DNA of 64,000 bases from Selaginella moellendorffii (taxonomy: Eukaryota; Plantae; Lycopodiophyta), in assembly GCF_000143415.4 (NCBI RefSeq), contig NW_003314289.1, positions 153,109 to 217,108 of the forward strand, read 5' to 3'. The notes beneath the pieces are model-generated. The model made no database searches. It worked only from the letters and a program-made list of their open reading frames with translations, and was not told the DNA's origin. Positions 15,440 through 27,855 of the stretch are shown one piece after another. How positions within the stretch are numbered: the first letter of the stretch is position 1; every line of letters starts with the position of its first letter. The translations under genes were made by a program, and so were the position numbers.

Positions 15440-18400
15440 TCACATCGCTGTTCCATCATAAAGTGATGAAAGCCGGGGATCGCTCCTCAGCTTCCTATCC
15501 AGCTCCGTGTACCTACACGAAAAGAGAAGGAAAAAATAAGTTGGCATCGTCAATCGTACAACCGTGAGAACTTACTTCCTCAAAGCTGACTGTTCGTGCT
15601 CTTTTGCTCGTTTTTCCAAAATGCGGATGCGAAAAACAGCAGTCTCGCAGTCCTGCTCATACTTTTCAACTTCATCCACGGTCATTTGTTCTCTATCCCG
15701 TTCAAAGTTTGCTCGCCGCTTTGCTAATGCAGCAGTTTCTTCGTCATAGCGTGTCTGAAACAACAAAATTCCAGATTACTGACGTGTGCTTATTTTCATT
15801 TACCTGAATGATCGTGGCTCGATTCAACAGACGCTGCTTTAGTGCCTTGAGGCAATTTTCTCGAACTTCAAGCATTTGAACCCGCGTCAGCTTTTGCCTT
15901 GGTCTTGTACCCGGTGGCAAAAACGGTGACAAATAATCGGTTGGTGCCTGCAGCCAAATGCAAAAGTCATTGCGATCGAAGCTCCATAACATTTAATACC
16001 TTCTTTTCTGCTTCTCGGTCCTGCAACGAGTCGTCCTGCTTGAAACAAGCAACGTCTGTATATGGCAATTCCAGAATTACGTTTTGCTCTTCCTTGAGGC
16101 GATGCTGGAGAATATCACGAGTTTCATTCTCCCCATCACGGACTGCCTTTATCATTTCCCGTTCAGTTATCAGAAGTTCATGAAACTCATCCATTCTCTC
16201 AAACAGTTCCAGTTCCTTTTCGAAAGGGTCAACCTGTTTTTGGGACAAAAATTTATCCACAGCAATTTTCGTGAACCAAGTACCTGAAGTAGAGTCATTG
16301 TGCCATCTTTCGTATAGACGCGCGAAATGGAAGTGATACGACGACCTATATGATGGTAGTCAATGCGGATCTGATCTTGGCTTAAGCGGAAAACCTTTTT
16401 TGCAACATTCTTCGGGTGTTGCTTGGAGAACCTGAACAAACAAAAATTAAGCCCGTGCCTTCAGCAAGTGAAAAGGGAAGCACTTCAGTGTAAGTTTGGT
16501 GATCGGTAGAAAGTTGTCAGCAACAGTTTTCCTTCTGGCAGCCAGCGAAATTGTGTACGTTCGTTCTGAAACAGTATCTCGTTTATCTCTCACAGGGGTT
16601 CGTGACCTTCTGCTACTAACGCTGCAAGTTACAGTCATTTGCATTATTAGACGAGAGCTGGATCCAAAAGTTGGCATACCTCCTGAACCGAGACATAGTG
16701 CGTGATAATGACTTTCCCCTCGCACTGTCAGAAGATATTCGAGCTCGGCTTGTTCTGCTCGCCGAGTCGCTACGAAGGCTACTCCCACGAGACGAACTTT
16801 TGGTCTTAGGCTCGGCAGTTGCTGCTGTTGATGCTGAATCTGGTTCACTTCGAAAAATAGGACTGCCTTGAGGCAAAGTTACTGGAGCCGGCACACCATA
16901 ACATGCACATCGGTACACCATTGAGCTTTCCGAGTTATCAAACGTTTCAACAAGCTTCTTGCCTAGCAGCTGCACTAGAAGACCCTCTTAAGGAAATTAA
17001 TAAACGTTAGGGAGAGACTCGGTTGCTCACCTCTTCGCGGCAAACCAATCCATCAGTTCGAGCGCCAGAATGGAACATAAATTTTCTGCTCACCCCCTCT
17101 ACTATCTCAATTTCTTTCAGTCCGAACGATGTCCCCTGATTAAAAAATTCATGCACCTACAGAAACGGAAAATGTTATCAATAAACTGGTAAGGCAAGAA
17201 AACCAAACCTTGTTCTCCTGCAGCAGAAAAATTCTCCTTTTAAGGCCATCTTTGCGTCTTTGAAAGTAATCGTGGCATTCCAGAAGGATTCTCCTGTCGT
17301 TGTCAGCGTAGAAGTGCAGGCGTTCGATCAATCCATCCCAGCGAACATAATCTCCATAAAATGCATACATCTCATGAGTACACTTGTCGTAGTGTGTCTT
17401 CTTCATTCCTTTCGGACACCTGCAGGATATTAGAGAATGTTAGAACACGTTTCCTTGAAAAAAATCGTACCATGTACCTTGTGACAAAAGCCTCCATGGA
17501 AATCTCAAGCTTAGGTACCCATGAAGGTGGCAAAAGCCAGTGATGTATATCAGTCTCGCCAATCTTTTCCCCCTCGTCGACCACAGTCTTCTTATCAGAG
17601 CTGATTTTGGATATCGTTTCCTTCGTGGCACCAGAAGTTGCTGAAATCGTTCCAGTAGCAGCCTCTGGAGATGAAGCGCGAGTTGGATCTGGCCTTGAGC
17701 CAGCAGGTGTTGAAGAAGGAGTCGGCTTGGACGACGTATCTTCTTCCTTCTTGCCATCAACAATGGTCAAGTTGTCTCGGAAACGGCCTTCAGTGTCAAG
17801 GCCATCAAAGATTCTTTCCCACTTCACGGTATCCTTCAAATTCCAGGAAAGATTATTGATCCCTGCCCGAGTTGGATTCGGCTGCATGTTGATCCAGACG
17901 TTGCTCTGGTTCCAGACGTACTCAACAGCATAATACGGAGAGTCCGTTAGATGATACTTCCGACCAGTACTAGGCTCGACGAAGAAACTTTCGGTCAGAC
18001 CTCGTTTTCCACTCACAATCATCACCCAGCAATGTACTCGTTTCCTGTCCAGCTTGTCAACCTCTGGTTCAACCGGCGGCTCTGGAGCACTCACGGCCTC
18101 AACCACCATGGAATCCTGTATTTGCTTTTGTACGCCACCACACTCGGTTGCCTCTGGTGTTTCTTCTGCTCCCTCCGGCTTCGGATCGTCCGGTTTCATT
18201 TCTGGCTCTGGCTTCGCCTCATCTGACTTTCCTTCCTGTTTTGCATCGGACTTTTCTTCTTGTGTCGTGCTTGTAGTGCCTGCTTCAGCTGCTGTTTTAT
18301 ATGGATCAGGAGATGATGAAGTTGACGGAGCTTCTGCAGGCTCGGGAGGCTCCGGCGGCTCAACCTCTTCCAAGTCCGGGACGTTGCATCTTTCAACGCA

Positions 18401-21400
18401 GTACCTAAGAAGTGTGTCCTCCTCTTCGTTTTGCCCGTATTTCAATTTGGCATCAACGCTTCCCTTGAAAATCTCAGCAAAGCCTTTTGCTGCAGCATCT
18501 CTGATGTCTTTCTCATTTGAAAGAAATTGATCATTCAATATAGGTGGCGACGGTCTCGAGTATTTTGTTGTTCGTGGTGGCTTTTCAGGAGGCCGCCGGG
18601 AAGCAAGCTCTCGCTCTTCGACAGCTTTGGGACACTCGCAGTGTTTCTGATAGAAAACGACTTAACCAACAAGCAAATCACACAAGAACAAGCTGGCAAA
18701 TATACCTGATTATTGGAAGTTAGAAACAAAGGTGCGTATCCCGCTACACAATATGCATCATAGCGGGCACCAATAAGAAGCGACGCCAGTGCTATTGAAA
18801 AATCAAAACAATCGCCTCTTTGCCACTGGTGGAACAAGTAAAATAAGTTTGCATGTAAATCAACTCTATGAATACCTCAATAACACTCTGTGAAGACGGT
18901 ATGTAAGATGGAAAGTACTTTGGATCTTCAAGGGTATCAAACGCTAGGAAGTTGGATATAAAGCTGGCGCATCCTTGCCACTGGTATAACTCCGTATACT
19001 CCATGTGTGATGGCCGTATTGTCGAGCAAATGAACTTTTCCACGCCACATTCATTTTTCGCTATGAGAAGCAAGGGTCTTCTCTCCGGGTATACTTGTTG
19101 GAACTATAAGCAAATTTCCCGCACGCGTTTCAGGAAAGAAACGAAAAAAGACTTACTCGCTTCTGAAGATGTTTAACGTGCTTCAAAAGAAGTTGCTCTT
19201 TCTGGGATAAAACCTGGTAAGATCTTGGCATCTGGTTTATCTGGGAAACCAAAGCTGTTTAGCCTGGAAAAAAAAGAAGATAAGTCAAGCCTTACTTTGG
19301 TATGTATAATATGAAGAACACGATCTGTTTTAGTATCCAGAGACCTCTTCATCGTAGTTTCTACCATCTGTCATGAAAGTACTTGTGTCTTGAAACAGAA
19401 GTGGTATAAATCAAAATTTCACCAGGGGTTTCAAAGACTCCAGCATTGTCTCCATGTACATATCCCACGTTTCAGTACTAGTATCTGATTCGATTTCGTC
19501 CAAAGTTTCCACCTTGAAGATGATAAGTTTGCTGGCGTGGAAACAAATCCTGAAACGTTCTATAACGTTGTTAACTGCTGTCCAGTCTAAAATAATCACT
19601 TACGTGCACTGTAATGCGGAAGTAATATGGCTTTCGAGTTCTATCCAAGAACCTGAAAAGGCAAAGTGAACAGCCTGTTATCATCAGAACGTTTAAAGTG
19701 GTAGACTACCTTCGTGTGCACTTCGCTTAACTTCTGCTGAAACAGTCACAGCTGGACTGCAGCAAAACAAACACTGATTGTCAATAGTAAAATTTACTTC
19801 TAGTTCTGGTTTAGAAAGCATTACTTTGATGTAGGCTGGCGCAATACTTCGTCCCCGAGAGGAAGAACAAACGCTGAAGTCAACGCCGTTCCATTGCCAT
19901 CAATCCCTCCAGCAATATAAAGCCTGAATCATACAAACACCATCAATCAGTTTTAGCCGTTCAACACACAACCTGTTGTCGAATATGGTAGCGACATGGT
20001 CATATCTTGGAGATGGGCATAGACCTTCGTTTACTAACTGCTCAAAAACTCAGAAAACAATAAGTTTTCCATGTAGCAGTAAAACCCAAACCTTTGTCCA
20101 AACAAGACTATTGACGTCCAGAACATAAATGTCATCTTGCATAACGTTGCCTTTTCCCCCATGTACGTATATATTAGCTCCTATAGCCGCAACAGCAGCG
20201 TGCTCTCTGGGTGCAGGCACAGATCCTTTCGTGCGTTGCGGTATCCAAGACCATGTCTGAAAATTAAGTTTACTGAAACAAATATTTATATGAATGCGAG
20301 ACACTTTGAATAAAAAATACTTGAGATACTTTAAAATGCTAGTACCTGAGTGCAGAGTGTGTACAGATCGTTATGCCGTTGGCGAGTTCCACGGCCTCCA
20401 AATAATATCACCTGGTTAGCAGCAACTGAGAGCGATGCACCTTCACGAATTGAAGGTACAGTCCCTTCTACAAGAGGCTGCAAAATAAAAGTTTCAGCAT
20501 TAGCAACACAAAAACAAAAAAGTCAAATACCTGATACCAAGACATACTCTTGACATCAAGATAGTGCAGGTCATTCAAAAGCTTATTTTCTTCGTTTCGA
20601 CCACCAAAAATATACAACCTGCGACAAACGATAAACTGTAGCCAAACAGAAAGTGCATTGAGGTGACAGCATACCGCTTATGGCCATCATAGGCCGCTGC
20701 GTGACCATCACGAGGCGCAGGAGCATTTCCACTTGTCCCAGGTTTAGCCCACAACAATGTCCGCAAGTCAAACGTGTAGAGATCATCAACCTGATACAAT
20801 CCATGAGCTAAAAAAACCAGGGAAGTTACTGATACCTTTCCGTAATTGGGAATGTTTCCCCCAAACATATACAGTATAGGTCCAGCTTCCGTCATACTGT
20901 GGTGACTTCTCATTGGAGGACCTCCTGGTGCAGACTCAAATCGCGTAGGAAACTGCAAGTAAGAGCCTGGAAACCAATAATGTCGGATGAATCACAGGTC
21001 TCTACATAACATTCTCTTACCAACAATTGTAGGCTGAGGCTTTTGACGAATGAGCTCTTCTAGTTGCTGCTGCGAAAATGACTCCCGCAAAAACTCCATA
21101 AACTCTTCAAAACCCTGTCATGACGGTCGAGGTTTCAAAATCTAAGAAGATCAAAATTCGGTATCTAGGCATACCCGAGAGTAAACTTTGTTGGCAGGCT
21201 CTGCAAGAGGATTTGCTTCGCAGTTGAACTCTTGTAGGTTCTTTAGAAGGCTGAGTGATGGTGGAATATGTACGAGGCGGTTGTTATGGACGTCCAGAAG
21301 TATCAGCTCCTTGAGATTTTGCAAAGCCAGAGGTAAAGTGGAGAGCATGTTTGAGCTGACATCCAAACGTTGTAGGTGTCTAAGCGTTCCAAGCGATTCT

Positions 21401-22126
21401 GGTAGCTCGGTAAGCTGATTATTTGCTACCAGTAAAAAAGAAAACCTTCAAGGCTTTTGAAAAATATACAAAGTACTAAGAGAACTTACCAACATTCAAA
21501 TAAAGCAAGAATCCTAAGTTTTTCCAAAATGTCGGCAGCGACGTCAGATAGTTGCGAGCAAAGTTGAGCTCGCGAAGTGCAATCAATGAACCGACCAAAT
21601 GATCCATCTCCCTTATTTCATTCTCAGAGACATCAAGGACCTGCGAAACCACGAAAATTAATTGGAGCTAAATGCGCGGAAGACTTACCTGAAGCTTATG
21701 AAAGGAAAACACGACTTGAGGTAGCTGATGAAGATTGTTTTGATATAGTCTTAGAGCTCGTAGGCCACGGAACTCAGAAATCTCCGGTATCACATCCGTC
21801 AATTGGTTGCTGAGCAGGAAAATCCAATGAAAAAACAAACAGATTAATCAGTAAAGAATCTTATGCAGCTATAGATCAACAGCCTACTTGTGAAAGTCGA
21901 ACTCGATCACAACATTAGCACCAGCTCCTTTTATCATGTTTACTAATCCTTGTGGCAGCTCTTCAAGCTCCAAGCCGCTGTGAAGACCAAAACATAGTGA
22001 GAAAAAAACCGAGCATTTCGAGATATTGGTTTACCTGAGTACAAGCTTCTGTGACTTCCGGCAATCGGCCATGCGAGCCTTGATCTTCTTGAGCTTCACA
22101 AAGCTTTGTTTGCTCTTCGTCGCCAT
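15440..22126 (-). CDS. DRC7: Dynein regulatory complex subunit 7 (DRC7/CCDC135/FAP50-like) with N-terminal LRR and Kelch-repeat domains, multi-exon
   Basis: DRC7 motifs: YPERRPLLLIAKNECGVEKF, GDCFDFSIALASLLIGARYDAYCV, RVHCWV, FFVEPSTG, DYLSPFL, RKLRSDPRL. LRR exons lie at ~21.0-22.1 kb and Kelch exons (SHHS..YMFGG, PRDGHAA, PREHAA..VHGG) at ~19.8-21.0 kb. The junction exons checked splice in frame. Confidence 0.85.
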
Positions 22127-22570
22127 GGCTGCCGATGGAAGAGATGGACAAAGACTGGAGAAAATGTAAGGCGCTCCTCCTAGACGAGAACTAAACCCCT
22201 AAAACCCTACCCTACGCGATCCAATCCAAGCTCTGGAATCCACAATGCTAAAGCCCTCGCCTGGGATCTCTCAATGCCGCCTCCTAAATCGATCGAAGTA
22301 CCCGCACTGCTACCAAACTCACATGTTTCGAGCACAACACTCCATCGTGAAGCTCATACACGCGATCGATCAATCGCCCCGCCCATTCGCCGCGCGGGGG
22401 CATCCAAAAACCCTAGCCCTAAAACTCTTTCTGCTGAATGCAACAACTGCTTTAAAATGCGGGGTATATTCCCAAAAGCGCGCGAGCCGTCCGATCAAGA
22501 CACCCCTAAAACCCTATCGGCGGGGATTAGGGTTAGGGCTTTAGGAAGGGGGCCGCCGAGTTCTTGAGCA
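22127..22570. promoter_or_regulatory. Short divergent promoter (DRC7 / RPL7) with several telo-boxes
   Basis: AAACCCTA at ~22202, ~22408 and ~22508, and TAGGGTTAGGG at ~22528. Telo-boxes are typical of plant ribosomal protein promoters. Confidence 0.6.
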
Positions 22571-23635
22571 ATGGCGACGGAAGAGATGCAGGTGGACGCT
22601 CCCCCGGCGGCCGTGGTGCCCGAATCAGTGCTCAAGAAGCGCAGGCGCGACGAGCAGTGGAGCGTGGAGAGAAAGGAGCGCCTCGCCCTCGCCCAGAAGA
22701 AGAACAAGAGCAATCGCCGGCTCATTTTCAAGCGCGCCGAGCAGTATGTCAAGGAGTACCGCGATCAGGTATGGGGGTTCTATCGCTCGATTCCCGTGGC
22801 ATTTTCTCACCCCTTGCATTGGGATCTCCAGGAGCAGGATCTGATTCGGCTCAAGAGGGAGGCCAAGCGCAAAGGAGGCTTTTACGTCGAGCCGGAAGCC
22901 AAGCTCATGTTCGTCATCCGGATAAGAGGGTGGGTGAATTTTCCTTCTCGATTTTAAGTCCGTACAAACGGAGTATAAATTTTGTTTTCATCCAGTATCA
23001 ACGACATGCATCCCAAGACCCGGAAGATCTTGCAGCTTCTTCGCCTGCGTCAGGTAAATTCCTTGTGAAAGTTGCGATTGTGATACGAGTTCTCTTACTA
23101 TCACATTCTTTCTTTTATAGATCTTCAATGGGGTGTTCATGAAGGTGAACAAGGCAACCATGAACATGCTCAAGAGAGTCGAGCCGTACGTGACTTACGG
23201 GTAAGTTTCTTTGTTTTCCAAGATCACCATCACGATTTCTAAGCAAAACTCTCCAGGTATCCGAATCTCAAGAGCGTGAGAGAGCTCATCTACAAGCGTG
23301 GCTACGGGAAAGTCAACAAGAAGCGCATCGCTCTCACCGATAACTCGATCATCGAAGAGGTACGATCCTTTTCTACGATGACTTCTAGTTCTCATCGTTT
23401 CTTATTTGTTCTTTCTCAGAGCCTGGGGAAGTATGGAATCATCTGTATCGAGGATCTCATCCACGAGATCTACACGGTTGGGCCACACTTCAAGGAGGCG
23501 AATAACTTCTTGTGGCCTTTCAAGCTCAGCGCTCCTCTCGGCGGATTGAAGAAGAAGAGGAATCACTACATCGAGGGAGGAGACGCTGGAAACAGGGAGG
23601 TCAAAGTTAACGCTTTGATCCGCAGGATGAACTAA
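22571..23635 (+). CDS. RPL7: 60S ribosomal protein L7 (uL30), multi-exon
   Basis: [74 protein letters not shown]. Confidence 0.97.
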
Positions 23636-23794
23636 ATCGCCCTCTCAACACCCTCTTTTTTGCCTGGTTTTATGCTGTGTGTTCTTCCAGAGCGAGACTT
23701 TTTAAATGATCGAGAACATTCGCAACGAAAACTCGAATCTAGGGCAAATCGGTATATGCTAGAGAGATGCGTTTAGGTGATGTTTTAAAAAAAA

Positions 23795-23807
23795 AGGCCC
23801 AACGGCT
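23795..23807 (+). promoter_or_regulatory. Site II (GGCCCA) overlapping an MSA element (CCCAACGGCT) upstream of MAP65
   Basis: Exact match to the YCYAACGGYY consensus at 23798-23807, upstream of a cytokinesis-type gene. Confidence 0.4.
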
Positions 23808-24146
23808 CCTTTGGCGCCCGCCGTCCGTGAGCAAATTCGTGTACGGATAGAATGTGGCCACTTTGCGCCAGGGGCCGTACGACTGCCGGCTGAATGAGCG
23901 CACGTCTTCCCTGCGGGGGCTTTCCTTATTCCCCCCTCTCTCTTTCTCCAAGGCACTTCTTTCAAGGCTCTACTTTCGCTAGGGTTTGATCGATCGAGGA
24001 GCGTGTCTTGCGTTATCGGGCAGGCGGCGCGTGGAAATTCCGTGAATCGGGAGCATTTTCGTCACGATCGACAGTGCTGGAGGTAAGCGGCGCCTTCTTT
24101 CTTGGCCCTGGATCTTTATTTCGAGAGCTGGTTGGGATTTCTAGGC

Positions 24147-26794
24147 ATGGACGCCGCCAGTGAGACGACTTGTGGATCTTTGCTGCGGGAGCTCCAGGTA
24201 AGAGCTGCTTAGATCCTACATTGCACGAGTGGACACTGAAAATGGCACTGCGCAGCACATCTGGGACGAGGTCGGGGAGAGCGATGAAGAAAGAGATCGT
24301 ATGTTACTCCAGTTAGAACAGGAGTGTTTGGAGGTTTATCGGCGAAAGGTGGATCAAGCAAACCATGGGCGAGCTAGGCTACACCGGGCTCTTGCTGATG
24401 CCGAGGCAGAGCTAGCTGCGCTTGTGTCTACACTTGGAGAAAGACCTATCATTGTGAGTTTCTTGGCTCTTGGATCTTTTTCATGTTCTCTCTTTAAACT
24501 TTTGTGGTTGGTTGTGTAGATCGAGAATCGTTTGGGCACGCTAAAGGAGCAGTTTGCAGCAGTTTATCCCATCGTCGAAGAGATGAAACAGAAGAAGGAG
24601 GAGCGCAGTAGACAAATTGCCGATGTGAGGTTCCAGATCCAGAAAATTCGTGGAGACATTGCGGGAGCTCCGATCAACGATACGCCGGTTGAGGAAGATT
24701 TAACGTTGAGGAAGCTTGAAGAGTACCAGCTTCAGCTGCAGGCGTTGCAAAAAGAAAAGGTGAGAGAGCTTTTTCTATACTGGATGGAACATTGAATGCT
24801 CTAACTATATGTCTTTATGTCTAGTGTGATCGAATGAACAAAGTCATGGAGTATGTGAATCTCATTCATGACTTATGTAGCGTTTTGGCTATCGACTTCT
24901 TGAAGACAGTGGGTGAAGTACATCCCAGCCTGGAGAGTCTAGAGAGCACTCACACAAGAAGTATAAGTAATGAGACGTTAGCAAAACTTCAAAACACGGC
25001 GCAACGATTGCAGCAAGAAAAGAAGGAGCGCATGATAAAGGTGATCTCTTTTCTTCTTTTTCGATTCAACCAAAACAATTGTTTATGCAGCTGCAAGAAT
25101 TGGGAGAGGCTTTGATTGAGTTGTGGAGCCTCATGGATACTCCGTCCGAGGAGCAGAACTGTTTTCAGCATATTACCTGCCATCTTGCTGCTAGAGATGA
25201 CGAAGTGACAACTCCTGGAGCGCTTTCTTTGGACGTCATGGAACAGGTTCAAAGCTATAAGACGGTTTTCCATAGAGTATCTTAACTGTTTCATTCTTCT
25301 GGCAGGCGGATTTGGAAGTTCAAAGGCTGAGCCATCTCAAGATTAGCAAGATGAAGGAGCTTGTGCTGAAGAAGCGATCAGAGCTCGAAGATATCTGCCG
25401 TCGCGCTCACATGGAATGTGACGAGAATGTGTCGGAAGAGAAGATCAGCGCTCTCATTGATTCAGGTAACGGCGATCACCGGCTTCTTTCTTACACGATC
25501 TAAATAACGTATCTTGAAGGTATGATTGATGCTGCGGACCTTCTCTCAAACATGGAAGACCAGATTGGCAAGGCGAAGGAGGAAGCATTCTACAGAAAAG
25601 AGATTATGGATAAGATCGAGCGCTGGATAGCAGCATGCGAAGAAGAAAGCTGGCTAGAAGACTACAGCAAAGACGAGAACAGGTATTCTGCCAGCAGAGG
25701 CGCACACTTGAACCTGAAACGTGCTGAACGTGCTCGTGCCACAGTCAACAAGCTACCGGGTATACTTTTGTTTATTGAAAGTCCATGTATGCAATTAACA
25801 CTTCCATGCAGCTCTTATCGAGTCGCTAAAGGCCAAAGCGAGGTCGTGGGAAGAAGAAAGAGGTGCTCCATTCTTCTACGACGGGGTATGCAATTCTCAT
25901 GCTCCATGTTGTTTATCCTTACGCTGATTTGCCAGGTGAGCTTACTCGCAATGCTCGAAGAGTACAACCACTTGCGACGTGAAAAGGAAGAAGAGAAGCG
26001 ACGGATGCGGGTAAGCATTTGCTTTCCTATAGCTACAGCCATGCGAAACAATCGTTTTCTGGCTGGCAGGATCACAAGCGCATCCAGGAGCAACTAATCA
26101 CCGAGCAAGAAGTTCTCTTCGGATCGCGTCCGAGTCCGATCAAGCCCAACAGCATCAAGAAGACCGCGGGTCTAGGCGCAAGGACGACGAACGGCGCCGC
26201 CGGCGGCACTACGCCGGCCAACCGTCGTCTGTCCATGGGAGGAGGAGGGGGAGGAGGCAGGAACGGACGCCTCGCAACAACACCAGCTCCAAAGCTCGAG
26301 GATAACAACGCAGGTGGGTCTGACAGTGAGATCGCTTCTGTCACCACCGATTATCGCCTGCAGGTGCCCATCCTCTGAGCTTCCAGCCCGACCGGAAGCC
26401 ATTGACGCCACTCGTCTACCAGCAGCAGCAGGCTTCCACGAGAATCATCAACTCTGCCGATTGCTTTGCCAGTCCGGTGAAGCCGACCTCGCTATCTCTA
26501 GGTGCCAAGCACAGCAACACCGGCATCGCGAATAACACCAGCTACACCAACAAGAGCAACAGCAGCACCACTTTATACAAGAAGTGCGAGCCGCAAGAGG
26601 AGGTGGTGATCACTCCAGTCGCCTCTAAGCAGGCCGATCAAGGGAGCTTGAGAAGCGGTGGCTCGCTGCTCGTCCCCGAGATTGGCTCGGTTCTTCTTCC
26701 ACACAATGCTCCAGGCATTGTTCCAAGCAGGCTACCGCAGCAGGAGATGGAGTACTCTTTTGAAGAAAGGAGGCTGCTGTGTCTAGCTAGGTAG
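24147..26794 (+). CDS. MAP65: Microtubule-associated protein MAP65, MAP65-3/PLEIADE-like C-terminus
   Basis: TTCGSLLRELQHIWDEVGE, LEQECLEVYRRKVD, ACEEESWLEDY, GAHLNLKRAERAR, and terminal EYSFEERR. The last exon is reached via an inferred intron at ~26314-26363. Confidence 0.92.
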
Positions 26795-27855
26795 GAATCT
26801 CATGTATATAGAGATTAACAGCAATTAGTTTACTACTTTGCCAAAGATGATCCTATCGTTGTTTCTTGTTGACGTGGTATGGTGTGTAGGGAGAAATCAC
26901 CTTGAGGAGCTTCCTTTCTCAAACACTGGAAAAGTTTCCCATGCTGAAAAGCCTCTACCTTCGGGGTTGCGAAACAGTGATTTCAAGTTCCTCAACATTT
27001 CGGGCACCTTTGGCAAAGCCTGCGGGTGATCTTATTGCCGATTTGAAGATTTAAAGTATACTGTGTTATGCCCTGAGATGACTTTGGCTTCTGTTCTTTC
27101 AGGCCGCCAAGGGATAGCTTTTCGGCTATCCAAAATAACTTGGATCCAAAAGAATATTTCGCAACAATGCAACATTGGGAAGATTCAGCAACTTTGGTGA
27201 AACTTGTGCATATGTAGAGAACAAATAAAAAATAAAGAGAAAAAAGAAAAAGAGAAACGTCACTTGATTTTGGTGCACCGTCGATGCGAACTGTAACGTG
27301 GGGCGTTTATGGCGCTTGGATGCAAACTACCGCACGCTTTAATGATAATGGCTGCGATGTCATCCAATCCAGGCCGTCGAAAATGGAGAACGAATCGCGA
27401 ATGCGTGATGATGGGGTGTAATTGTCATGCTCTCCAGAATGGAGCTCGAATCTTGAGAAAAAAAAGCAAGACAAAAAAAAAGATAAATATTTCCCGAAAA
27501 ATCAATCGATTTCTGTAAGTCAGTCTGATTGATCGCGAAAGCAGGAGGAGAAAAATTAAAACGGGTCGATCATTCACTGCCAATTGGCCCAGTAAAAAAG
27601 TTAAAAAAAACTAGGAAGAAAAGAGAAGCTAGTGAAAATCTTTGTAGAGCTCCATTTTTTTTTGGTAGTCCTTGCGTCCCTCAAACCAAGCAATGTGTGT
27701 GTGTGCTCACTCGATTTGGACTCTCTCCTCTTCTCAAAGTAATTTTCCTTCCTTTTCTCCTCTCCTCCAATTTTTTCCTGAAGGGCTTTAGCGTGAAGGA
27801 AAAAAGAAAGAGGAGAGGGAGCGAGTGGAAGACTTCGAGAGAAATTTGGGCTGCA

